Below, one piece after another: positions 57,410 to 64,000 of a DNA stretch of 64,000 nt. The position numbers and the translations under genes were made by a program. The notes under the pieces were generated by a model, which ran no database searches, was not told where the DNA came from, and worked only from the letters and a program-made list of their open reading frames with translations. Within the stretch, counting starts at the first letter, position 1, and each line of letters starts with the position of its first letter. The stretch comes from an uncultured Methanosarcinales archaeon (GTDB lineage: Archaea; Nanobdellota; Nanobdellia; Woesearchaeales; ARS49), in assembly GCA_964358315.1 (NCBI GenBank), contig CAYHOF010000005.1, forward strand, positions 19,354 to 83,353, written 5' to 3'.

Positions 57410-58555
57410 CTACTTCTTCAACAAATTCTTGCCGATCGCCACGTAGATTTCGCGCAGCTTCTCGATATCAACCAAGCGGACAAACTCGTCGACGCCATGC
57501 ATGTTGCCCTGCGGCACGCCGACCTCAAGCACAGGAATGCCTGCTGCCGCGAAGAAGCGCGCGTCCGACGTGCCGCCATCACAGCTGTACGCTGGTCGAA
57601 TACCAGTCACTTTCCCGATGCTCCTCGACACCAATTCCCTGAATACGTTGTCGGTAGTGTGGAAGTGAGGCGTGGATTTGGTGATCTCCAGCTCATACGA
57701 AGGGACGTGCTCATCAAGCGTCATACGGAGCTTCGTCTCGAACTGTGCCGCAGATGTCTCTGGGCACAGACGCGCATCGAAGCGCAGCGTCGCGCTGCCT
57801 GGCACGACATTATAACTGCCATCGCCGCCTGACAAGTACGTCACGTTGCACGTTGATGGCGGGAAGTCCGCGTTGCCCTGGTCTCCGGGCAACGACTGCA
57901 ATGCAGGAAGCAGGCCTCCGACAACACGCATCACATTCAACATATCGTGGGGATCCACGTACGCGGCATGGCCTTGTTTTCCTTTCACCTTGATCTCGCC
58001 CTGCACGACGCCACGACGCCCGACCTTGATCGTGTCGCCCGCGACGCTCTTGCTCGTCGGCTCGCCGCAGATGGCGTAATGGATCTTGTCGTTGTTGCGT
58101 GCGAGAAGCGCAGGCATTCCATCGGAGTACGTCTCCTCGTCGCCTGCGATGAACAATGAGACCTTCATCCCGAGGTCTGCGAGTTCCTTGCCTGCGATGA
58201 TCTGCGCAGCAAGGCCTGACTTCATGTCAGCGGCGCCACGGCCATAGAGAACGTCATCGATGACGGTGGGCGTGAACGGTTTTGTCTTCCATCCCTCACC
58301 CGCTGGCACGACGTCGTAATGGCTGATGAAGGCAAGATGAACATCACCTTTGCCACACTGCGCAAGAAGGTGGTCTCCAGTGATAGAATCACACCTTCCT
58401 CCATCATTGACCCTGTCAACGATGAATCCTGCGTCATGCACCATCCGCTCAAGTCGCTTGATGTCAGCCGGCGAAATGTGCGGCCGGGCAGTGCTCAGCC
58501 CGATCAATCGCTTGGTCAGTTCTACTGGATCGTTTGTTGTTTTGTCCATACTCAT
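57410..58555 (-). CDS. dapE: M20-family metallohydrolase, succinyl-diaminopimelate desuccinylase-like
   Basis: M20 metal-binding motifs (HYDVVP, GAADMKSG, DEE). Specific DapE assignment is from operon context with dapD and dapC. Confidence 0.65.
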   Translation of the reverse strand: MSMDKTTNDPVELTKRLIGLSTARPHISPADIKRLERMVHDAGFIVDRVNDGGRCDSITGDHLLAQCGKGDVHLAFISHYDVVPAGEGWKTKPFTPTVIDDVLYGRGAADMKSGLAAQIIAGKELADLGMKVSLFIAGDEETYSDGMPALLARNNDKIHYAICGEPTSKSVAGDTIKVGRRGVVQGEIKVKGKQGHAAYVDPHDMLNVMRVVGGLLPALQSLPGDQGNADFPPSTCNVTYLSGGDGSYNVVPGSATLRFDARLCPETSAAQFETKLRMTLDEHVPSYELEITKSTPHFHTTDNVFRELVSRSIGKVTGIRPAYSCDGGTSDARFFAAAGIPVLEVGVPQGNMHGVDEFVRLVDIEKLREIYVAIGKNLLKK

Positions 58556-59706
58556 TTGATATAGAGTTGTGCGTTCTTGGGCACGTCGGCGAGCGCCGCG
58601 TCTTTTGCGTCTTTCTCGAGCAGCAGGATGCAGCCCACGCCGAACTGCGTTCCTGATCGTAGGTACGTGCCGCTGATAGCTATCCTGCCCGCAGGGATGT
58701 AGGGTATCGCCATGCGCTGGCCGTTGACGTCCATGTAACGCGGTTCGACTTCTTCGTTGGTGCGCAGGTCGAAGATCTTCTTGCCTGACGCCATGACGAC
58801 ACCGCTTGCGATGAGCGCGCCTTCTTCGACGATGCCTGCGACTTCGCAGTTGGCGCCGATCTTGACGTTGTCTTCGATGATGCTTGGCAGCCTGCCCTTG
58901 GGCTCGAGGATGCCTTCAATGCCTGATCCTGCGCCGAGCTTGACACCCCTACCGACTTGCGCGCCGGTCGCGACACGTGCGCCACCATCGACCATGCAGC
59001 CATCCCCGGCGATATACGCACCCACGTTGACGATGCTGCCTGGCATGAGCGTTGTGCCCTTGCCGATGTACGCGCCAACGCGCGCGAAGCAGCCAGGGAT
59101 GAAACGGACGCCTGCTTCTTTGAAGTCCTTCCCTTCCCATTCCTCGGTCTTGAGTGGCACTTTATCATAGAAACCACCAGCCATGACCTGCAAGTCAAAC
59201 GCGGAGAATGCCGCGTTCATCGCATCGATCGCGTACAGTTGCGGCATCCATACTCCTTTGCCTGTGTTGATATCGTGGATCTTCTCTGCGCAACGGATTA
59301 CACCACAGTCAAGAAGCGTCAGAGCCTCCCGTTTCTGCGTCTGCGAAGCTTCTCCACTCATGAGCGAGACGAAGAGTCCGGACGTCGTTGAAAACGGGGT
59401 TACATTGAGCGTCTTTCCCTGATGGTGCGCATGCACCAACAAGTCTATCGACGGGTGCTTGCCAGGGTTCTCGAGCGCCTCGTTGATGAGTGGTTCGAAC
59501 ACCGCGAGCGCGGCATTGATGCCATCAGCAGACAACGTGCCGTTGTTGGTGAAGTTCGCGTATATGCGCAACGAATTTTGCTTGCCAGGGACGTTCGGAA
59601 TGATGCCAACAAGTTTGTTGTCGGCGTACAATCGCATAAGACCGATACCATCTATTGGCCGAACTTTCTTCATGTTCTCCGCGAATGCTTCACTGCTCGT
59701 ACTCAT
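58552..59706 (-). CDS. dapD: tetrahydrodipicolinate N-succinyltransferase-like hexapeptide-repeat acyltransferase
   Basis: Extended left-handed beta-helix hexapeptide repeats (VGAYIGKGTTLMPGSIVNVGAYIAGDGCMVDGGARV...). 4-nt overlaps with both neighbours. Confidence 0.65.
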   Translation of the reverse strand: MSTSSEAFAENMKKVRPIDGIGLMRLYADNKLVGIIPNVPGKQNSLRIYANFTNNGTLSADGINAALAVFEPLINEALENPGKHPSIDLLVHAHHQGKTLNVTPFSTTSGLFVSLMSGEASQTQKREALTLLDCGVIRCAEKIHDINTGKGVWMPQLYAIDAMNAAFSAFDLQVMAGGFYDKVPLKTEEWEGKDFKEAGVRFIPGCFARVGAYIGKGTTLMPGSIVNVGAYIAGDGCMVDGGARVATGAQVGRGVKLGAGSGIEGILEPKGRLPSIIEDNVKIGANCEVAGIVEEGALIASGVVMASGKKIFDLRTNEEVEPRYMDVNGQRMAIPYIPAGRIAISGTYLRSGTQFGVGCILLLEKDAKDAALADVPKNAQLYIK

Positions 59707-60896
59707 TGTCCCACTCCTCCTATGAATGATTGTATCCGTCGCGCGGCTTCGCGCTGTCGTTCCACGTCGTGCACGAGCGCGATGCGCACGTGCTGTTCTG
59801 CTTCAGGATTGGCATATTTTGGCGTGCACAAGTACGCGCCTGGCAACGTCTTGACTCCGGTCTGCACGCATAACTCCTTGGCGAACGTCTCGCCGGTGAA
59901 CCCTTGTGGTGCTTTGAACCAGATGAAGAACGTGCCCATCGAAGGCGTGTACTGTCGTCGGTGGACGATGTCACCGAACTCATTGATTTTCCGCGTGTAG
60001 AGCTCCCGATTCTCTCGTGCATGCTGATCATCAGACCATGCTGCGGCAGACGCCACCTGGATGTAGGTCGGCATGACTTTTCGTTCCAGCATGCGCACGC
60101 GCATGTATTGTTCGATGAGTTTCGGATCGCCTGCCATGAAGCCGGAACGCATGCCGGGCAGGCTGCTGCGCTTCGAGAGGCTGTTGAAGACCAGCACGTT
60201 GCGGAAGTCCTTGACGTCCATATCTTTGGCCACGGTGAGTGCGCTCAACGGACGCCCGGTGCCGTAGACATCAGTATTGAAGATGTCGATGTAGCACTCG
60301 TCCGATGCGAGGATGAAATCATGCTCTTGCGCAAGCGAGATCGCCTTCTCGAGCGTCTCGCGCGACGCATTTGCACCGCACGGATTGTTGGGATAGTTGA
60401 TGAACATCAACGCGGCATCTCTCTGCACGTCGCCACGCATGAACGGCTTGAAGAGAGGCTGATGAATATGCTCCGCTGTCAACGCTTCGAACTCGGTGCG
60501 CATGCCTGCAAGGTCAGCGGCGCCCTCGTATGGTTTGTAGGACGGGGTCTGGAGGACGACAGTGTTCTTGCCTGAGCGGTTCTTCGCAAATAACGGCATC
60601 GAGAAGAGGCCTTCGCCCGAGCCGCAGAGCGCCAGGATGTTCTTTTCGGACAAGGACACGCCAAGGTTTCGCTGCGCGTAGCCCGCGATCGCCTCGGTGA
60701 GCTGCGGGATCTGCCGCGTCTTTGGATAGCTGCCGGCGTACTTGGCCACTGCCTCGTTGTGCGCATCAAGAACGAACCGGGGAGGCGCGTGCTGCGGCTC
60801 GCCGATCGTGCAATCGATATGGTCAGGGTGCGAGACGCCGGCAAAGAGTTTCTGAAGCCGCTCAAAAGGATACACCGCGATAGATTCAAGCCCCAT
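59703..60896 (-). CDS. dapC: class I/II PLP-dependent aminotransferase (N-succinyl-DAP aminotransferase-like)
   Basis: PLP-lysine motif SLSKRSSLPGMRSGF. Aminotransferase fold motifs. Confidence 0.75.
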   Translation of the reverse strand: MGLESIAVYPFERLQKLFAGVSHPDHIDCTIGEPQHAPPRFVLDAHNEAVAKYAGSYPKTRQIPQLTEAIAGYAQRNLGVSLSEKNILALCGSGEGLFSMPLFAKNRSGKNTVVLQTPSYKPYEGAADLAGMRTEFEALTAEHIHQPLFKPFMRGDVQRDAALMFINYPNNPCGANASRETLEKAISLAQEHDFILASDECYIDIFNTDVYGTGRPLSALTVAKDMDVKDFRNVLVFNSLSKRSSLPGMRSGFMAGDPKLIEQYMRVRMLERKVMPTYIQVASAAAWSDDQHARENRELYTRKINEFGDIVHRRQYTPSMGTFFIWFKAPQGFTGETFAKELCVQTGVKTLPGAYLCTPKYANPEAEQHVRIALVHDVERQREAARRIQSFIGGVGQ

Positions 60897-60998
60897 CCTG
60901 AAGGGCGCTCATCGAACGCGATTAATAAACATATCTCCTTGGCAGGAGTGAAACGCCAGTCCATAACACATAAGAGCGGCAACCAAAGGCTCGATCGT

Positions 60999-61766
60999 AT
61001 GCGTGTTGAAACATTCTCTGAAGGCAAGCCTGAGGGTTGCAATGAGGACCGCCATGGCTTCAACAACAGGGCACTCGTGGTCGCTGATGGCGTCACCAGT
61101 CTCACGAAGCGCTTGTACGATGGGAAGAGTGGCGGGGAGATCGCCGCCAAGGTAGTGGTGCAGCAATGCATAGCATGTGATGTCGTGGATGTTGATCTTG
61201 TGCAGATACTGACTCAGTCGGTCGACACTGCACACACCATTCTGTCTCCAGACCCTATTGCTGACGATGAACGGTTTGGCGCGGTGTTTGCGTCCGCGCG
61301 TATCAAGGGCGACGTCGTGCACCTGACCTATGTCGGTGATGTGGGCATCCGCATCAACGGACGTGACGTGCTGTGCGAACGACTGAAAGTCGATGACATC
61401 ACAGGACACATGCGGTCACAATACATCGCACTGACAGGCGATGTCGAAGGAAGCCGCGCATGGGTGTCACCGCACATCGCGCAGTTACGCAAGAACGCTA
61501 ACGACCCTACTTCCTTTCTCGGCTACGGCGTCATCGATGGAAGAGCCGTGCCTGCCACGTTCGTCAAGTATGTCGCGTTACCACGAGAGGACGTCAAGAC
61601 CATCGAATTGTTCAGCGACGGGTATTACGTGATACCACAACAGGTCGAGATCGCCGCGTGGGAATGCGCCTATGAACAAGCGCAAAAGGAGGATCCGCAG
61701 CGCTGTCAGAAACACAAGTCGACAAAAGCCAAAGACGACAGGACGATCCTTATCGCGAGATTCTAG
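60999..61766 (+). CDS. PP2C-like protein phosphatase candidate
   Basis: CNEDRHGF...LVVADGVTS resembles PP2C motifs 1-2. The upstream part of the track ORF overlaps dapC and is discarded. Confidence 0.4.
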   Translation: MRVETFSEGKPEGCNEDRHGFNNRALVVADGVTSLTKRLYDGKSGGEIAAKVVVQQCIACDVVDVDLVQILTQSVDTAHTILSPDPIADDERFGAVFASARIKGDVVHLTYVGDVGIRINGRDVLCERLKVDDITGHMRSQYIALTGDVEGSRAWVSPHIAQLRKNANDPTSFLGYGVIDGRAVPATFVKYVALPREDVKTIELFSDGYYVIPQQVEIAAWECAYEQAQKEDPQRCQKHKSTKAKDDRTILIARF

Positions 61767-61772
61767 AATACA

Positions 61773-62123
61773 TCACTCAGTATTGCAGGTTCGTTCAAGT
61801 ATACAGTATCCTCGTACATGTTCAGATCCTAACGTGTGAGTTTTCAAGTTAATGCCTACAAATTGGATTTTTTGCAGCACCACGTCAGGATCATTTTGAC
61901 TATCACCGTATGCGGTGGTTCCGTATGGGTTCAGGCTGCAAAATATGACATCGCAGTCCTTAGGTATGATCAACTGCGAACTAGGTAACCTCGTCCCTCC
62001 TTCCCACCTATACCCGACATAATCACTTCGCTCCAAGAAAATCCTGACTAAGTCTCCCTGTTTTGCATCTTCCGCCAATTGTTCAAGAGGCCTTAGTAAA
62101 GTCATAGAAGAATTGTTTTTCAC
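61773..62123 (-). CDS. hypothetical protein (AT-rich gene next to tRNA-Arg)
   Basis: ORF only. Composition is distinctly AT-rich. Confidence 0.35.
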   Translation of the reverse strand: MKNNSSMTLLRPLEQLAEDAKQGDLVRIFLERSDYVGYRWEGGTRLPSSQLIIPKDCDVIFCSLNPYGTTAYGDSQNDPDVVLQKIQFVGINLKTHTLGSEHVRGYCILERTCNTE

Positions 62124-62158
62124 GAAATATTTAAGGAAGTATGGTATGAAGAATATAC

Positions 62159-62232
62159 CGGGCCTACGAGGATTTGAACCCCGCTCTGCCGGTCCGAAGC
62201 CGGCCGTACTATCCAGGCTATACTATAGGCCC
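62159..62232 (-). tRNA. tRNA-Arg(UCG)
   Basis: Hand-folded. Acceptor GGGCCTA/TAGGCCC. D-arm GTAT-AGCCTGGATA-GTAC. Anticodon arm GCCGG-CTTCGGA-CCGGC. T-arm CGGGG-TTCAAAT-CCTCG. Discriminator G. No encoded CCA. Confidence 0.8.
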
Positions 62233-62270
62233 ACTGCGACATGCATGAATGCATCCGTATTAAAAGATAG
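62203..62270. repeat. copy 1 of a 68-nt direct repeat (tRNA-Arg 5' half plus promoter)
   Basis: Identical to 62329..62396 except at 3 positions. Confidence 0.9.
62260..62267 (-). promoter_or_regulatory. TATA box (CTTTTAATA on the coding strand) about 28 nt upstream of the tRNA-Arg 5' end
   Basis: Archaeal tRNA promoter spacing. It is part of the duplicated segment. Confidence 0.5.
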
Positions 62271-62328
62271 CCGATGATTCTTCGTTTCCCCAGGCTTTTT
62301 GCGTAGCAAAAAGGCTGGTCCTGAAACC

Positions 62329-62396
62329 GCCGTACTATCCAGGCTATACTATGGGCCCACTGCGACATGCATGAGTGCGTCCGTATTAAAAGATAG
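62329..62396. repeat. copy 2 of the 68-nt direct repeat: orphan tRNA-Arg 5' half (nt 1 to ~28) with its own TATA box
   Basis: Same sequence with A/G differences. It diverges from the tRNA inside the anticodon stem and is followed by an 8-bp hairpin ctttttgc-gta-gcaaaaag. Confidence 0.9.
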
Positions 62397-62640
62397 ACGC
62401 TCGTTTCCCAGACTCAACAAAGACAAGGGAGGTGACAATTTGTCCCCACCCTTCAGCTAAGGCAGCGTCTCGACCTCGCATTTTCTTGAGGTAATCAGAA
62501 GGATTGGATGTATCCGTCAGAGCTTGAATGACATCGGTAACGATAAAAAACCACTGATCATTATGCCAGACTCGGCGAATGTTCTTGCCTTCAAACACCA
62601 CGAGCGCGTCTGTCGGTTCCATACCACTACACTGAGGCAA
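62386..62640 (-). CDS. hypothetical protein
   Basis: ORF only. Its 3' end overlaps repeat copy 2. Confidence 0.3.
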   Translation of the reverse strand: MPQCSGMEPTDALVVFEGKNIRRVWHNDQWFFIVTDVIQALTDTSNPSDYLKKMRGRDAALAEGWGQIVTSLVFVESGKRASIF

Positions 62641-62726
62641 CCTCGTTTATATAGTGTGCGGGGTGCTGTCCAGTGGTAAGTGCTGTTGCTATTGGCAGGA
62701 TGTGCCAGATTCCTATCCGTACGAAA

Positions 62727-62918
62727 TCACTTCTTCTTCATGAAGATGTGGCTGGCGCTGTAGATGCCGCCGATGCCGAGCAGGAGGTAGAATGCGCGTG
62801 TCGCGCCGCCGAGGAGTGCGAGCACGTCGTAGTTGGTCAGTCCTATGATGCCGAGGTCGAGTGCGGCGATGGTGCACAGGATCCAGGCTATGATGTCGAA
62901 CGTCTTCATTGTTGCCAT
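62727..62918 (-). CDS. DUF378-family small membrane protein
   Basis: MKTFDIIAWILCTIAALDLGIIGLTNYDVLALLGG matches the DUF378 pattern. The track's long N-terminal extension is discarded. Confidence 0.55.
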   Translation of the reverse strand: MATMKTFDIIAWILCTIAALDLGIIGLTNYDVLALLGGATRAFYLLLGIGGIYSASHIFMKKK

Positions 62919-62951
62919 GTATGGTTCACCTCTCTTTTGGTAGCATGGTGA

Positions 62952-63884
62952 ATGAATAGAAATAAAAAGCTTCCTTCGTGTCGCGGGGCCATGCAAGCAA
63001 CCGACGTGATATGGATGGATGGGGCGTTCGTGGCGTGGGACGACGCGAAAGTGCACGTCATCTCGCACGCGTTGCATTATGCGTCGGGCGTGTTCGAGGG
63101 CATCAGGTTTTATGAGACGCCAGAGGGTCCGGCCATCTTCCGCCTGCAGGAGCATATCGATCGTTTGTTCGTCTCCGCGAAGAAAATCGGCATGCAGATC
63201 CCGTTCACGCGGGAACAGTTGGTGCGGGCCACGGTCGAGCTCATCGCGAAGAACAAGGTGGGTTCAGGCTACATCAGGCCGATAGCGTTCTTCGGTTATG
63301 GCGGCATGGGGCTCACGCCCAAAGGCGCTGCGATCAATGTGGCGATCGCGTGCTGGCCTTGGCCTGCGTTCTTGGGCGACAAGCCCATCAAGGTCAAGAC
63401 GTCGTCGTTCATCAGGATCCATCCGAAGTCGACGCACGCGGACGCGAAGATCACGGGCCACTACATCAATTCGTTGTTGGCCGCGCAGGAAGCGCACGCG
63501 GAAGGGTATGATGAGGCGTTGCTTCTTGACTGGGAAGGGTTCGTGGCAGAGGGGCCTGGCGAGAACGTCTTCGCAGTCAAGGACGGCGTGCTGTACACGC
63601 CGCCGCTTGGCGCCATCCTGCCTGGCATCACGCGGGATAGCGTCATCACGATCGCTCGGGACCTCGGCATCGAGGTGCGGCAGATGACGCTCACCCCGCA
63701 GGACCTCAGGAACGCGGAGGAATTGTTCTTCACTGGCACCGCGGTCGAGGTGGCGCCTATCGGCGCGCTTGATGACAAGACGTTCGGGCCCGGGCCGGTC
63801 ACCGCGAGGTTGCGGTCCGTGTATTCTGATGCCGTCCACGGCAAGGCGCAACAGTACCGCCGCTGGCTGACTATCGTCAGATAA
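62952..63884 (+). CDS. ilvE: branched-chain amino acid aminotransferase (class IV)
   Basis: FEGIRFYETPEGPAIFRLQEHIDRL. PLP-lysine region. Class IV fold motifs EVAPIG. Confidence 0.85.
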   Translation: MNRNKKLPSCRGAMQATDVIWMDGAFVAWDDAKVHVISHALHYASGVFEGIRFYETPEGPAIFRLQEHIDRLFVSAKKIGMQIPFTREQLVRATVELIAKNKVGSGYIRPIAFFGYGGMGLTPKGAAINVAIACWPWPAFLGDKPIKVKTSSFIRIHPKSTHADAKITGHYINSLLAAQEAHAEGYDEALLLDWEGFVAEGPGENVFAVKDGVLYTPPLGAILPGITRDSVITIARDLGIEVRQMTLTPQDLRNAEELFFTGTAVEVAPIGALDDKTFGPGPVTARLRSVYSDAVHGKAQQYRRWLTIVR

Positions 63885-63924
63885 GCATTTTATACTAGCG
63901 GCGCCTAGAACGGCACAACAAAGG

Positions 63925-64000
63925 AGGTATTCATATGGATAATGTCCAGAAGTCGTTCTTGTACTGGGGCATCATCACCCTTGTGGGTTTTGCGCTCACG
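63925..64000 (+). CDS. hypothetical membrane protein, 3'-truncated at window edge
   Basis: ATG preceded by aaggaggt (SD-like) at 63911-63918. Hydrophobic start WGIITLVGFALT. Confidence 0.3.

Noticed and set aside
60759-60998. N-terminal 80 codons of the track ORF 60759..61766
   Set aside because: They lie antisense inside the dapC coding region. The gene is started at the first Met after dapC (60999).
62150-62400. Possible CRISPR array or split/permuted tRNA explanation for the 68-nt direct repeats
   Set aside because: Only two copies, 68 nt long with a 58-nt spacer, and the repeat is a tRNA 5' half plus promoter, so it is not CRISPR-like. No complementary 3' half for copy 2 is visible nearby, so a functional split tRNA cannot be supported from this window.

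Overview
This is a 64 kb window from an archaeal chromosome. Archaeal identity is shown by TFB (TFIIB) with a zinc ribbon, Alba, aIF2-gamma, ribosomal protein S17e, FtsZ and archaeal-type BRE/TATA promoters with leaderless-like spacing. The left ~16 kb (1..~16021) is a mosaic, AT-richer accessory region that looks like an integrated conjugative-type element inserted at a tRNA-Ser gene. It runs, in order, from a tRNA-proximal tyrosine integrase through a Shedu-like DUF4263 nuclease gene (strongly AT-rich) to a five-gene, translationally coupled minus-strand operon, and ends in a four-gene overlapping defence operon. The five-gene operon encodes a Zn-ribbon protein, a VirB2-like pilin, a secreted protein, a polytopic membrane protein and a VirB3/VirB4-like ATPase fused to a C-terminal nuclease-like domain and basic tail. 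The defence operon is a C5-cytosine methyltransferase, a GHKL/HATPase_c_3 ATPase, a Z1-like P-loop protein and a PD-(D/E)XK protein; this module type is computationally predicted but, to my knowledge, functionally uncharacterised, and here it sits in an archaeon. The rest of the window is GC-rich core chromosome. It carries a lactate permease, tfb, a metallophosphoesterase, ogt, a secreted cupin and a bacterial sigma-54-activator-like AAA+ protein, which is unusual for an archaeon. It also carries a Nudix-wHTH protein, a HemK-like methyltransferase fused to a Bud32-like kinase, prs, ftsZ, a TrmB regulator, vapBC, aIF2-gamma, phosphoglucomutase, an FNR-like reductase and a peroxiredoxin operon, Fe/Mn superoxide dismutase, and a P-loop NTPase with an HD-domain dNTP-triphosphohydrolase-like pair. 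There is a complete suf operon (regulator, small Cys protein, sufC, sufB with a LAGLIDADG intein, sufD, sufS, sufU). Further genes are argS, rps17e, alba, a dapC-dapD-dapE succinylase-branch operon and ilvE. The last part holds a tRNA-Arg(TCG) next to a tandem partial duplicate of its own 5' half plus promoter. Other oddities include a hairpin-dense GC island in an AT-rich spacer (candidate ncRNA), a nucleotidyltransferase gene interrupted by a single in-frame TGA, and a 15-nt extended promoter motif shared by three loci. Many long antisense ORFs in the GC-rich genes were judged spurious.
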